Source: a virus
Lineage: Duplodnaviria > Caudoviricetes
Virus record (IMG/VR): IMGVR_UViG_3300033074_000806
Span: 32,001 to 96,000 of that record
Reading direction: 5' to 3' (one strand)
DNA length: 64,000 nucleotides
The notes below the pieces were generated by a model, which saw nothing but the letters and a program-made list of their open reading frames with translations, ran no database searches and was not told where the DNA came from. Positions within the stretch are counted from its first letter, which is position 1. Each line of letters starts with the position of its first letter. A program made the translations under genes and the position numbers. Below are positions 1-9,761 of this stretch, piece after piece.

Positions 1-1
1 T

Positions 2-3000
2 GATCCATATAATTATAATGACACCATCAGAGGCAATGAAGCCGGTAGAGCCTTTGGCCGTGGTATAATGCACTGTGCAGTTGATTTATTCTCAGTAAGA
101 GGCACAACAGGTATTCTAACCTATATGTTAGACAGAGGACAGACTGCATATAGCGGATTAGATTTAAACACAGGATCATCATATCAGCACTCACCAGTAA
201 GGCCAGGAGTTAGTCCTTACTACGATACGATGGGTGGGTTTGAGACCGCTAATGGCATTCAAGCAGGAAATCTTCAAAATACTGGACATACGTTTACATG
301 GCAGGATTCTATTGCATCCATAGCTTCCGATGGATGTCAATTATTATTGTCTCGTCGTCCTGAAGGTAGTGGTAGCTATAAGCTTGCAATGTTACAAACA
401 GTGGCTCGCGACTTAGCTTTACAAACAACTTTATATGGATGGCTAGACTGTAGCCATACAGCTCCCTATTACTATAAGGCGGTAGCAATAAATAATACTA
501 GCGCCTTATTTTCTCCTGCTTATTCTGGTCAGCTTTTAAATAGAACGGTCAGCGGAACCAGTAGCAATGCTGTAGGAACTATTATTGGACTAATAGAGTT
601 AGAGAGCGCTTATGGACTGTGGCTAAAAAATGTAACTGGAACGTTTTGCCAAGCTGGCGCTGAATTACTACATATATTTGGCAGTTCCTACACTACCACT
701 GGACTATATGAATACTCTGGCTTTTTAGCCATGAAGGCTAGGGCCAATACCCCTGACTTTAGCGTCCTAACTGGAACTCAACTTGAAGAAACAGTCTTAA
801 TCGAAGCTTATCAGCCTCATGGATCTAATCCTGCGATTATGGATGTTGAAAAGAATTCAAATCCACTTGTGACGCTAGTTGCTTCTGGGGATGAACACTT
901 TTTATACGATAACGCAATTGTTAGAATAAAAAATGATCCAATTTGGACTGGACTTAATGGTGATTGGGTCGTTAGCGTAGTTAATTTATACCAGGTAAGA
1001 TTTAGTGGACTAGACACGTCTAGCTTTCCAGGAGTATATTCTTCTGGTTCAGCTACTGAAATCTATAGACTTGAATGGGGAATGAAAAACTTCAAGACTT
1101 ATAGAGCATATAATATATGGCAAATTGGTTCTGCTGTCATTGCTGAAGACTATGCTAAGTCTGGATACTATTCTGGTAAAAGTTCTGAGGTTCAAACTAA
1201 AGCTAGAAAAATAATAAATTCATTCTCTGGAGAAATAGATGATGTAGGTTCTACATCTCCTAGATGGAATGAAATTGTTGAACATGCGGCAACTAGAGCT
1301 GATGCCTTCAATCCAACTGGAGGATCGCCTCCAGAAGCTCCTATTAGCCCGTCTTTAACAAATTTAAGCTCAACTGAACTTTATTTCACATGGGTTAACG
1401 TAGCAAGTAACGCCTCTGTATTAAATATACAGTATCGGCCGGCCTCTACCACTGGTTGGTCAGATTATCCTGATGTTAGCCCAAATGTAAACAATACAGT
1501 TATTGCAGGCCTAACGCCAGCAACAACTTATTATGCCAGACTAAGGGCAGCCAATAGCTACGGCCAAAGCAGCTGGACCAGCGAAGTTTCAGCCACTACC
1601 TCGTCTAGCAGCACAATACCAAGCGCTCCAACAAACTTAACCCTTGTAACACTGTCTTCCACTAGACTGCGCGCTCAATGGACTAATACAGCAAATAATG
1701 CTGAACTAATAACTATACAATATAAAGAATCTAGTGCATCCGATTGGATATCATTACCCTCACTAGATCCTTCTACAACTTATACAACTATCTATAATTT
1801 GACGGCTGACACATTCTACGATGTGAGAGTTAGAGCCACAAATATAGCAGGGTCCAGTGATTGGGCCCAAGCACTAGGACAAACTTCAGAAGGTGACGAG
1901 ATGGAACCTACTATTCTAACTAGCGACCCAGCTAATGCAGCCGAAGATGTGTATATCAATAAAAATTTGATAGTTACCTTCGTTAATCCTGTTTTGAGCA
2001 GCTCGGTTACTGAAAATACCGTAATATTAATTGATACTATAACAAATAAGAGATTGCCTCTTACTCTCAGTCTAAATACCTTTAGAACTGTGCTAGTTAT
2101 AGTTCCACATAATCATTTACAAGAAAATACGCCGTATCGATTAATGTTTATTGGCCAAGATTTGGCTGTAAACAATGAATACCTAATTGATAGCGCAAGC
2201 GGACTAGCCCTGTCGACATCAGTTTCAATTGAATTCGAGACTGGCGATGACGCTTATTCTATAGACGCTACGTTGCAAAAGAATTCACAAGCCCTAACAT
2301 TAGAAGGAGATTTAAATCTACCTAATAACGTTAAAGCTTTAGGCTACGATTTTACTATACTTAAGGTAAGGCCAAAGAATTACTCAGCAGGTGTAGCAGT
2401 TAATTTTACCGGCGATAACACTATTTGCTTTACCTTTAATAAAGCTCTACAAACAGGCCAAGATATTGAGACTATTAGCGAGATTACTACATATCCATTA
2501 TTCAATTATGAGTATCTTGCTGTATCAGGAACAATGTCTACTTATAGTATACCAACCTTAACGGGCTACATAACAGGCTCACAATTGGTCTTTGGCTTTA
2601 CAGGTAACATGCCTAATAACGTCGGTATCAATATAAAGCTTAAAGATACGCTATTAGCGGAGGATACGGCTACTTATGGCGGTAATATGGACTATAATAT
2701 AACCACAGCCCTATATCCTGATATACTCCCAACAAACTTAATAAAAACAGAGCTTAAGGCTCTTAGCCCTGAGCTTTATGATACCTACGTAAGCACTATC
2801 TTATTTAAGAATTCCATTGAGCTATGGGAGAAGTTAGGGCGCGCTTTCGCGTTATCAGATATATCGTGGCCTGTCAAAAAATATGTCATGAACGCAGCAG
2901 TATTAGATATAATTGAAGATGCTGATCTAGAGAAGTTCTTAGCGGCTGGAACTAGAAAGCAAGTAGGTGATATGTATATTTCAGTTGATAGCTTAGTCGG

Positions 3001-3265
3001 ACGGCTAGCTATGAAAGCTACTCAAGCCACTAAAGACAAAGATCTAGCTTGGGAAAGCTTAAATCAGGGCTGGCAATTTAAAACCACTTTGCGCAGTGCA
3101 GCTGTTGATGCAGCTGAATGGGGTAACAGACTCTGGTATAACGTAAACGGCAACTATGTCTATCCTTATGCCAAATTCTATCAAATGGATATACCTGCAA
3201 GCAATATAGATATCAATAGACAAGCTAAAGCTAATAATCCTACTGATTACGGGTTGTTATTCTAA
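2..3265 (+). CDS. 5'-truncated neck/head-tail adaptor-like virion protein with an E1-FCCH-like domain, two FN3 domains and two Ig-like (Big_5/SbsA-type) domains
   Basis: The frame is open from base 2 (DPYNYNDTIRG...) into the ATG at 68, so the true start is probably upstream. FN3 repeats at about 1328-1605 (PEAP...LYFTW...IQYR...GLTPATTYYARLRAANSYGQSSW) and 1616-1886. Big_5-like EPTILTSDPANAAEDV...LIVTF...LQENTPYRL at 1904-2246. The C-terminal helical region with RKQVGDMYISV resembles head-tail adaptor proteins. It lies directly upstream of the closure, terminator and sheath genes. Confidence 0.7.
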   Translation, partial: DPYNYNDTIRGNEAGRAFGRGIMHCAVDLFSVRGTTGILTYMLDRGQTAYSGLDLNTGSSYQHSPVRPGVSPYYDTMGGFETANGIQAGNLQNTGHTFTWQDSIASIASDGCQLLLSRRPEGSGSYKLAMLQTVARDLALQTTLYGWLDCSHTAPYYYKAVAINNTSALFSPAYSGQLLNRTVSGTSSNAVGTIIGLIELESAYGLWLKNVTGTFCQAGAELLHIFGSSYTTTGLYEYSGFLAMKARANTPDFSVLTGTQLEETVLIEAYQPHGSNPAIMDVEKNSNPLVTLVASGDEHFLYDNAIVRIKNDPIWTGLNGDWVVSVVNLYQVRFSGLDTSSFPGVYSSGSATEIYRLEWGMKNFKTYRAYNIWQIGSAVIAEDYAKSGYYSGKSSEVQTKARKIINSFSGEIDDVGSTSPRWNEIVEHAATRADAFNPTGGSPPEAPISPSLTNLSSTELYFTWVNVASNASVLNIQYRPASTTGWSDYPDVSPNVNNTVIAGLTPATTYYARLRAANSYGQSSWTSEVSATTSSSSTIPSAPTNLTLVTLSSTRLRAQWTNTANNAELITIQYKESSASDWISLPSLDPSTTYTTIYNLTADTFYDVRVRATNIAGSSDWAQALGQTSEGDEMEPTILTSDPANAAEDVYINKNLIVTFVNPVLSSSVTENTVILIDTITNKRLPLTLSLNTFRTVLVIVPHNHLQENTPYRLMFIGQDLAVNNEYLIDSASGLALSTSVSIEFETGDDAYSIDATLQKNSQALTLEGDLNLPNNVKALGYDFTILKVRPKNYSAGVAVNFTGDNTICFTFNKALQTGQDIETISEITTYPLFNYEYLAVSGTMSTYSIPTLTGYITGSQLVFGFTGNMPNNVGINIKLKDTLLAEDTATYGGNMDYNITTALYPDILPTNLIKTELKALSPELYDTYVSTILFKNSIELWEKLGRAFALSDISWPVKKYVMNAAVLDIIEDADLEKFLAAGTRKQVGDMYISVDSLVGRLAMKATQATKDKDLAWESLNQGWQFKTTLRSAAVDAAEWGNRLWYNVNGNYVYPYAKFYQMDIPASNIDINRQAKANNPTDYGLLF

Positions 3266-3801
3266 TGGGATTCGCTGATTTACCAATAAAGTATCTAAAT
3301 TTTGCTCGTGAGCTAGCCAGATTATCTCAAGTCGGCGGTTCGTTTACTTGGGTGGCTCTTAGAACTCCAGATCTGTCAAAAAAATGCTCATGTGGCGGAA
3401 AAGGGATCAAGGATAGTTTACCTGGCTGCAAACGTTGCTTTGATACTGGCTATTTATTTTATGATTGTTTAGTTAAGTGCTATGCCTGGCCCGCTGTTCT
3501 AGGTGTCGAATTTTTCACACCAGCTGGAAAAATTGCAACTCAGAATAAAAATTATATCATTGAGTCTGATAGAATAATCACTACGGAATCATATATTTTA
3601 GAGCTAGACATAGATAAGGCTACTGGTAAGCCTTTACAACCGTTCAAGATAGAAAGAGCCTATAAGATACAAGATTACGCGCTTATAAAGGCAAGGGACG
3701 ATAAGCCAGCCTTTTGGAAAGTTACCGCAGAGCAAAGAAGCCTGTCTAATAGCATAACACCTACCGCTGGCACAGACTATGACCACAATATACTATCATG
3801 A
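3265..3801 (+). CDS. putative head-closure/neck protein with CxC...CxxC zinc finger
   Basis: KKCSC...PGCKRCFDTGY motif followed by a beta-rich domain. Position between adaptor and terminator. TAATG overlap with the previous gene. Confidence 0.6.
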   Translation: MGFADLPIKYLNFARELARLSQVGGSFTWVALRTPDLSKKCSCGGKGIKDSLPGCKRCFDTGYLFYDCLVKCYAWPAVLGVEFFTPAGKIATQNKNYIIESDRIITTESYILELDIDKATGKPLQPFKIERAYKIQDYALIKARDDKPAFWKVTAEQRSLSNSITPTAGTDYDHNILS

Positions 3802-4853
3802 ATGATTTTGGAAATTTTACCGATAAGTATCTAGAAGTTTTTGATCCAAGCTCAAAATCATTAGAACTTAGGTATAAGTCACAAACAGAAGGAAATTTGA
3901 CTATACTTCAGAGCATGGATTTAATTGACACACTATTAAAAAAATATCAGACGGTCTATAAGACTAGCCAGTATGATAAAAATTTGATATTCTTCCCATT
4001 TATGTTTGTTACCCCAAAAGAGGGTGATAAAATTAGAAATGAACACACTGAAGAAATCTATACTGTTGATCAAATAATAAAGAACCCAGAGAACAATCAA
4101 TGGCAGGGCCTTGTAAGATTAGACCTACAAAGTCCTCCTAATAGCTTGGCTGGAGAAAATTTGACACTGATAGATTCTAAGAAATACGTTCGATTTGATC
4201 ATGGCTATAGCCCAGTATCTCCGAACGAAATCACCGCAAATAATTCCGGTGGAGAACGTAATCCACCGCCAATGCATCCAGAAATTACTTGGTTTATACA
4301 GACTAAGGAACCAGCTGCTCTTGGTGGAGCTCCTTTTAGTCCTCGAAAGGACTATAAGTCTCATCTAAGAGATAGAGTAAAGGATCCTGTTGTTGATGGA
4401 TATACCGTAGAAATTTATGGACAATGGTTTGATGTTATAGTTCAGTTTGATATGTGGTATGCTAATAATAGGGCTACTGAAAATCTTACTGACTGGTTTG
4501 AACAATTTATGAGGCATCATACGTGGATGCTAAGGAAGTATGGAGTGAATCAATTGCTTTTTTGGAGGCGGCTAGTTGATGAGACAAAACAACAATGGCG
4601 GCAACCAGTCTGGAAGCGATCGATGCAATACTACTTCCGAACAGAACAGCTTGAAGCTGTTTATCAGCGTGACCTATTGAAGTTGGACGTTAATATTGGA
4701 CTCGCCGAAGGCGGGCGGCTTCCATCTACAGTCGGTAAACGCTACATTGCTGATCAATTAGTGTCTGGCCAGTTATCAGCTAGTGGATATAGGTCTCTAT
4801 TTTACGATCAATCTGGAAACTTCGTATTTGGAAATATTAATATCCTTCAGTAA
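3798..4853 (+). CDS. putative tail terminator / tail-completion protein
   Basis: Immediately upstream of the sheath. The YGQWFDVIVQFDMW...ATENLTDWFEQFM...RSMQYYFRTE pattern fits a terminator-type alpha/beta fold. Confidence 0.55.
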   Translation: MNDFGNFTDKYLEVFDPSSKSLELRYKSQTEGNLTILQSMDLIDTLLKKYQTVYKTSQYDKNLIFFPFMFVTPKEGDKIRNEHTEEIYTVDQIIKNPENNQWQGLVRLDLQSPPNSLAGENLTLIDSKKYVRFDHGYSPVSPNEITANNSGGERNPPPMHPEITWFIQTKEPAALGGAPFSPRKDYKSHLRDRVKDPVVDGYTVEIYGQWFDVIVQFDMWYANNRATENLTDWFEQFMRHHTWMLRKYGVNQLLFWRRLVDETKQQWRQPVWKRSMQYYFRTEQLEAVYQRDLLKLDVNIGLAEGGRLPSTVGKRYIADQLVSGQLSASGYRSLFYDQSGNFVFGNINILQ

Positions 4854-4863
4854 ACTAATTTTC

Positions 4864-4867
4864 GGAG
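4864..4867 (+). promoter_or_regulatory. Shine-Dalgarno site of the tail sheath gene
   Basis: GGAG 9 nt upstream of ATG 4877, in one of the few intergenic gaps. Confidence 0.6.
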
Positions 4868-4876
4868 TTTACACAT

Positions 4877-6478
4877 ATGGCGAACAGTGATTTTCTTCCA
4901 TCCGTTGAGCTTACCCTCAACGACCTTGGGCTTAGAATAGCGCCACCACCCGCTGGTCCTAAATTGACTCTATTAGGTATTACTAGTAATACTACTCTAC
5001 CTATACGTGAGCCAATGACGGTCAGCTCAGCTGAAAAAGCAATGAACGCTCTTTATTTCAGCGGTGCATCTGGTCCTACTTTTCCCGGGGAATTAGCTCT
5101 TGCGATCGAAGAGGCAACGGCAGCAGGAGCCCCAAACATTGAAGTAATAATTATCGGGACTTATACTGGTAACCCCTTACTTCAATATATTTGTCCAACT
5201 GGAACTGGCTTACGATATAACGATCTCTCAGGAGCTTATGAGGTTCTTAAGAATAGAGATATAGACGTAGTTGTGCCCGTTGGTGCCTATATCGATGATA
5301 TAAAGACAGGCTTAACTGCTAACACTAACTATGGTGTTCAGTTAGCTAATTTCTTGTATCAATCAACCAAGTCCCAGAACAGCGCAGTTGGTGTAATAGC
5401 TACATCTCCTGTTGTTTACTGGGCAATCCAGCGGTATACAGGGCTATGCCTTGATATAACCGGTGGTGCAGCTAGCAGAGATCCAAGTCTTTTTGCTGAA
5501 ATGACTGGGTTAGCAAACGTAGACGCTTCTGGTTCGATCAGAAATGTTTTCTTCTCGACACCATCGACTACGCTAACCAATGAATGGCTTGCATATCATT
5601 CTTACTACCAGACAGGCTTAACTCCTGCTTCAGTTCTAAGTGGCTATTTTAAGACTTCAGTTTTCAGCGGCGTGTATTACAATACTGCCTACATTTCCTA
5701 TCTACATGGATCATATGACCTATCATTCAATAGATTCGAAAATGCTGCTACCTCAAGTCAATTAGCAGGTGATTATTTTACTTACTGGCAAGCTCGTGGA
5801 TCTGATGGAGCTTTTGCAACTGATGGAAGAGGCGTTAAGGTTGATGCTGGAGCGTATATTAGCGTATTCTGCTCACCAGTTAAAACTGCAACAACTCAAA
5901 CTAGCACTCTTTCAACTGTTTTAGGCGCTTCAATATCCAACTCTTACCATACTACAGCCGGTGCTGCAGCCTATGGTGGGGCGATACTCAGCTTAGCTCC
6001 TCAATCGTCTACTACAAACAAGCCTATTGGTGGATTAATTCCATTGAAGACAATATCAGCTGCTCAAGCTAATATTTTGACAGGGCTAAGACTAGTTACA
6101 ATGTATACTAGATCTAAGGGATTTGTTGTAGCTAGTGGTGTTACTGGAGCTTATAACGTCAATCAATACTTAAGATCTGACTTTGTAAGATTAACTACAG
6201 TAAGAATTGTCCACACCGTGGTAGATCTAATCAGAGCAATAGGTGATAAGTTCCTAGGTGAGCCAAACAACGCTCCTCAAATGAACGCACTTAATGCCGA
6301 GATAGATCAAGTATTACTAAGTATGAAGTCAGCTCAAGCTCTAAATGGATATGACTTCGTTGTATCCTCAACCCCAGAACAACGTGTTCTAGGACAGGCT
6401 GATGTCAGTCTAACTTTAGTTCCAGCTTTTGAAATTACTAAGATCAACTTAACAGTTTCACTTGCTGATTCTATCTAA
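4877..6478 (+). CDS. contractile tail sheath protein
   Basis: N-terminal LPSVELTLND. C-terminal sheath signature LTTVRIVHTVVDLIRAIGDKFLGEPN...IDQVL...GYDFVV...ADVSLTLVPAFEITKINLTV. Directly precedes the tube gene. Confidence 0.9.
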   Translation: MANSDFLPSVELTLNDLGLRIAPPPAGPKLTLLGITSNTTLPIREPMTVSSAEKAMNALYFSGASGPTFPGELALAIEEATAAGAPNIEVIIIGTYTGNPLLQYICPTGTGLRYNDLSGAYEVLKNRDIDVVVPVGAYIDDIKTGLTANTNYGVQLANFLYQSTKSQNSAVGVIATSPVVYWAIQRYTGLCLDITGGAASRDPSLFAEMTGLANVDASGSIRNVFFSTPSTTLTNEWLAYHSYYQTGLTPASVLSGYFKTSVFSGVYYNTAYISYLHGSYDLSFNRFENAATSSQLAGDYFTYWQARGSDGAFATDGRGVKVDAGAYISVFCSPVKTATTQTSTLSTVLGASISNSYHTTAGAAAYGGAILSLAPQSSTTNKPIGGLIPLKTISAAQANILTGLRLVTMYTRSKGFVVASGVTGAYNVNQYLRSDFVRLTTVRIVHTVVDLIRAIGDKFLGEPNNAPQMNALNAEIDQVLLSMKSAQALNGYDFVVSSTPEQRVLGQADVSLTLVPAFEITKINLTVSLADSI

Positions 6479-6479
6479 T

Positions 6480-6484
6480 AGGAG
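6480..6484 (+). promoter_or_regulatory. Shine-Dalgarno site of the major tail tube gene
   Basis: AGGAG 9 nt upstream of ATG 6494. Confidence 0.65.
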
Positions 6485-6493
6485 TGATTATTA

Positions 6494-7189
6494 ATGGCTA
6501 GTTCACAAGCTCAAAGAGGAATAGCTCCTTCTGGTGCAGGTAGAAGCGCGGCCTCCTTCCAAAAAACCTATAACTCCTTTTCAGGGGTTGATATGGTTGT
6601 AACGTTTGGAGGTAAAGTTATAGGCGAGTTGCAAGGCCTATCCTATACAATACAACGCGAAAAAGCTCCGATATACACTATGGGTTCAGCTGATGCTAGA
6701 TCTTTCTCTCGTGGAAAGAGAGGTATCGCTGGATCTGTTGTATTCGTAGTTTTGGATCGTTCCGCTCTACTTGAGACCATGAGAGATGTTCCGTATATTG
6801 CTAACAAGTATGATATTCCACTTGGATTTGCAATAAATGATGTAGACATTCCAACTATAGAAATTGGAACAGGTCTAATCGGTTCCGCTAGCGGCTCTGC
6901 AAATATAACTATCTCAAGAATAGTTATAGATAAAGTTCTCGCTAGACCACAATATCTTGACCAGGTTCTACCTTTCGATATAGTCATTACTGCGTCCAAT
7001 GAATATGGAGCATTTGCTAACATGAAAATTCATGGTGTCGAAATTTTGAATACTGGTTCAGGCATGTCTATTGATGATATTACAACAGACGAAGCATGCA
7101 CATTCGTAGCTACTTCTATAACTCCTTGGAGCAACCAAGGATTTATTCGAACCACGAATGGCGGAACTTCAGCTGAGATAATAACCTAA
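6494..7189 (+). CDS. major tail tube protein
   Basis: SFSGVDMVVTFGGKVIGELQGLSYTIQREKAPIYTMG...SFSRGKRGIAGSVVF...PFDIVITASNEYG...GMSIDD...TFVA. Follows the sheath and has a strong RBS. Confidence 0.8.
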   Translation: MASSQAQRGIAPSGAGRSAASFQKTYNSFSGVDMVVTFGGKVIGELQGLSYTIQREKAPIYTMGSADARSFSRGKRGIAGSVVFVVLDRSALLETMRDVPYIANKYDIPLGFAINDVDIPTIEIGTGLIGSASGSANITISRIVIDKVLARPQYLDQVLPFDIVITASNEYGAFANMKIHGVEILNTGSGMSIDDITTDEACTFVATSITPWSNQGFIRTTNGGTSAEIIT

Positions 7190-8040
7190 TGGCCAGTAAC
7201 CCAGCGATTATAAAGAATCCAAACCTGCTTCAGCAGCGTCTGAAAGAGGGCACTCTTGGACAAGTCAAAGAATCTTCATACGCTGGGGCTGATATATTAG
7301 CTTATATCAATATTCCACTATTAGATGATCCTACCCAATTATCCTCAAATACACCTAGTGCTAGGATACTTGGTGAAATTCAAACAATCTCGATTTCTTC
7401 TACGAGATCTATATCGCCTGTTAGAACACTTGGGCGATCAAATCCCATTGGGTATACTCGTGGAGGAAGAACCTTTGCTGGCACTCTAGTATTTGCAGCA
7501 TTTGGAAGAGATGTTTTTTCTGATCTATATCGCCCAGACATTGTTGAAAGCTTTATAGATAGCAGCACAAGTCTTTTTGTTGATCAACTCCCACCTTTTT
7601 CTATAATAATTACAGCCTCTAACGAGCTCGGCGGGTTGGCTCAACAGATTATTTCGGGTATTACCCTAGTTAACTATGGTGTCACATACAGTATCGATGA
7701 TATATACACTGAAGTTTCCTACACTTATGTAGCCACTGATGTAACACCGCTATTACCTATTCAAGTTATGAGAGGCCTGGCTAATAGGCCCGCATATAAG
7801 ACTCCCCTAGACATAGGGTTGACAGATCTTCCTAATATTAAAGCATCAGATCGAAATAAATTTGATGGGACCTCTCAACACTTAAAAAGCCCCCAGAATA
7901 TACTACGTAGTTCTGAGGCAATTAATTTAGAACAAGCAAACGGCCTAATACAGGATGAGTTCTTTTGGACTCGTTCTGCTGGTAGAAACACTATACAAAG
8001 AACAGGATCTAGGCAAAGCTTAAGAGATTCACTAAGATAA
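7189..8040 (+). CDS. tail tube paralog 2 (tube initiator/minor tube-like)
   Basis: Clear paralog of the previous ORF: SYAGADI...LGEIQTISIS...PVRTLG...YTRGGRTFAGTLVF...DQLPPFSIIITASNELG...YSIDD...YTYVA. Confidence 0.75.
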   Translation: MASNPAIIKNPNLLQQRLKEGTLGQVKESSYAGADILAYINIPLLDDPTQLSSNTPSARILGEIQTISISSTRSISPVRTLGRSNPIGYTRGGRTFAGTLVFAAFGRDVFSDLYRPDIVESFIDSSTSLFVDQLPPFSIIITASNELGGLAQQIISGITLVNYGVTYSIDDIYTEVSYTYVATDVTPLLPIQVMRGLANRPAYKTPLDIGLTDLPNIKASDRNKFDGTSQHLKSPQNILRSSEAINLEQANGLIQDEFFWTRSAGRNTIQRTGSRQSLRDSLR

Positions 8041-8765
8041 TGTCAAATTATATTATACCTACAGCTAGCACTGTAGCAGTCTTTATTGATGGGATCTATA
8101 TAGATTTGCTCCATAGGCTCGACTATAAAGAAAGCCAACCGAAAATCCCCAGGTATGGCTATAATGATAGATATTTTTCTAATGTAATGAGTGGTCGGCG
8201 CTTAGTTCAGGGGTTCTTAGCGTTAGTATTTGTTGAACCAAATTACTTACTAAGAGTTCTAGAACGTAATAAGGCCCGTCAAGTAAATAATGCAGTAGTC
8301 AATGCAGCTAATAGTCGCATTGAATCATTGCCAAACTACACTACAGATTCTGAAAAACGATCTAGAGCAGAGTATATTGCTAATTTACTATTCCCTCCTG
8401 AGACTTCTGAAGAGCTTGTTTCTGGTGGTGATAAAGGCTTTGAAATGCAATATTCTAAAATACACCAAACGAGCCAGGAGAGTAGAATTTTTTCAGAGAA
8501 ATTGATTAAAAAATTCTCAAGTGGAGAAATTCCTGTAAGTAAAATTACACAAGATGATAGCCATCCCCTAAACAAGGGAGGTGTGGACCTAGATATCTAT
8601 TATCTAGATCCAGAACGTACTACGTGGTATGTCAAATTAGTTAATGTGGAATTTGACGAAATTACACAAACTATTAACAGTTCAGGAGCTGAAGGAAGCT
8701 CTGAGCCATTATATGAAGTATACTCATTTATAGCTAAAGAAAGGAAATTTATAGTAAGAATATGA
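8040..8765 (+). CDS. divergent tail tube paralog 3
   Basis: VFIDGIYID...LDYKE...PRYGYN...VMSGRRLVQGFLAL...LDIYY...LVNVEF...EVYSFIA follows the same pattern with lower similarity. Confidence 0.6.
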   Translation: MSNYIIPTASTVAVFIDGIYIDLLHRLDYKESQPKIPRYGYNDRYFSNVMSGRRLVQGFLALVFVEPNYLLRVLERNKARQVNNAVVNAANSRIESLPNYTTDSEKRSRAEYIANLLFPPETSEELVSGGDKGFEMQYSKIHQTSQESRIFSEKLIKKFSSGEIPVSKITQDDSHPLNKGGVDLDIYYLDPERTTWYVKLVNVEFDEITQTINSSGAEGSSEPLYEVYSFIAKERKFIVRI

Positions 8766-9118
8766 AAACTGAAAATTTAGACGCAGAGATTAAGAGGCTA
8801 AAGTCTTTAGGGCAAAGAGTCCAAAAGGCTGATATTGCTGGCATCACCTTTATTTACACATCTTTTTTAAGATCCGACTGGAAGGCCTTTCAAAAGCTTC
8901 TAGCTCAGAGCTCTCAGGAAATAACTGCTAAAGATCCAGACGGGATTGGAGTAAAAGAAGCAGGGGAAGATCTTATTGTATCACACAAACTAATCTCTCC
9001 AACTCCAACACCAGAGTTGATAGCATCACTTGCGCCCGGAGTTATAACAGCACTAGCTGAACTAATACTAAAAGCATCTGGATTTGGTCAAAATGAGCCT
9101 GTAGTAGAAGAACTATAA
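8762..9118 (+). CDS. putative tail assembly chaperone 1
   Basis: Small protein between tube and tape-measure genes, ending PGVITALAELILKASGF. Confidence 0.55.
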   Translation: MKTENLDAEIKRLKSLGQRVQKADIAGITFIYTSFLRSDWKAFQKLLAQSSQEITAKDPDGIGVKEAGEDLIVSHKLISPTPTPELIASLAPGVITALAELILKASGFGQNEPVVEEL

Positions 9119-9128
9119 AGGGTGCCGG

Positions 9129-9761
9129 ATGCGAAGTCCGGAATTAGAACTAGAACTGCTCATGCTCCGTCAAGAACATGAGCATTTGTTTTTTATAGGC
9201 GCTGGAGAATTTGAGTGCATAATACGTCCATTGACGTTGGCCGAGATCAAAATTTTATCATCAACTGGAGCATCTTTAAGAGATGATGATATTAATGATT
9301 GGATAGTCTCTAGATGTTGTCTTTATGCCACTAATGGAAAGCAGAACCTGTTTACTGTGGCACCTGCCGGCGTAGTTGATTTAATCGCAAAAGGCGTAGT
9401 AAGCATATCAAAATTTCAATCTGAAGAAGATGTAATAGAAGGACTTACTAAAGCAAGATCGGTATTAAATAAATTAGAGAATCAAATAATGTTGGTGCTT
9501 TTGTCTACCTTCCGTAACTTAACTCCTAAGGATATAGATGATATGACATTCTATTCACAGATGAAGCACCTTGCTCTAGCCGAAGCTATTTCTGGTAAGC
9601 CACTTCCAATAGGTCAGAAAGTAAAGAAAGGTCAGAAACTTCTCTCTCCAGAAGCAGCCGCAATTCTATCTGAAAGCGTTGCTGATAAGCCAGATATAGA
9701 AGGTGATAATAAGAGTTTATCACAGTTTTTAACTGGCCGAGAGAGATTAAGTCGTGGCTGA
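9129..9761 (+). CDS. putative tail assembly chaperone 2
   Basis: IIRPLTLAEIK...AGVVDLIAKGVVSISKF resembles chaperone 1. The LTPKDIDDMT motif is typical of chaperone C-terminal parts. Precedes the tape-measure-position gene. Confidence 0.55.
   Translation: MRSPELELELLMLRQEHEHLFFIGAGEFECIIRPLTLAEIKILSSTGASLRDDDINDWIVSRCCLYATNGKQNLFTVAPAGVVDLIAKGVVSISKFQSEEDVIEGLTKARSVLNKLENQIMLVLLSTFRNLTPKDIDDMTFYSQMKHLALAEAISGKPLPIGQKVKKGQKLLSPEAAAILSESVADKPDIEGDNKSLSQFLTGRERLSRG

Noticed and set aside
9110-9130. Programmed -1 frameshift between the two tail chaperone genes (AAAGGGT heptamer at 9117-9123)
   Set aside because: The heptamer overlaps the TAA stop at 9116-9118, so it cannot be decoded in frame. 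It more likely serves as the RBS for ATG 9129. No slippery site was seen just upstream of the stop.
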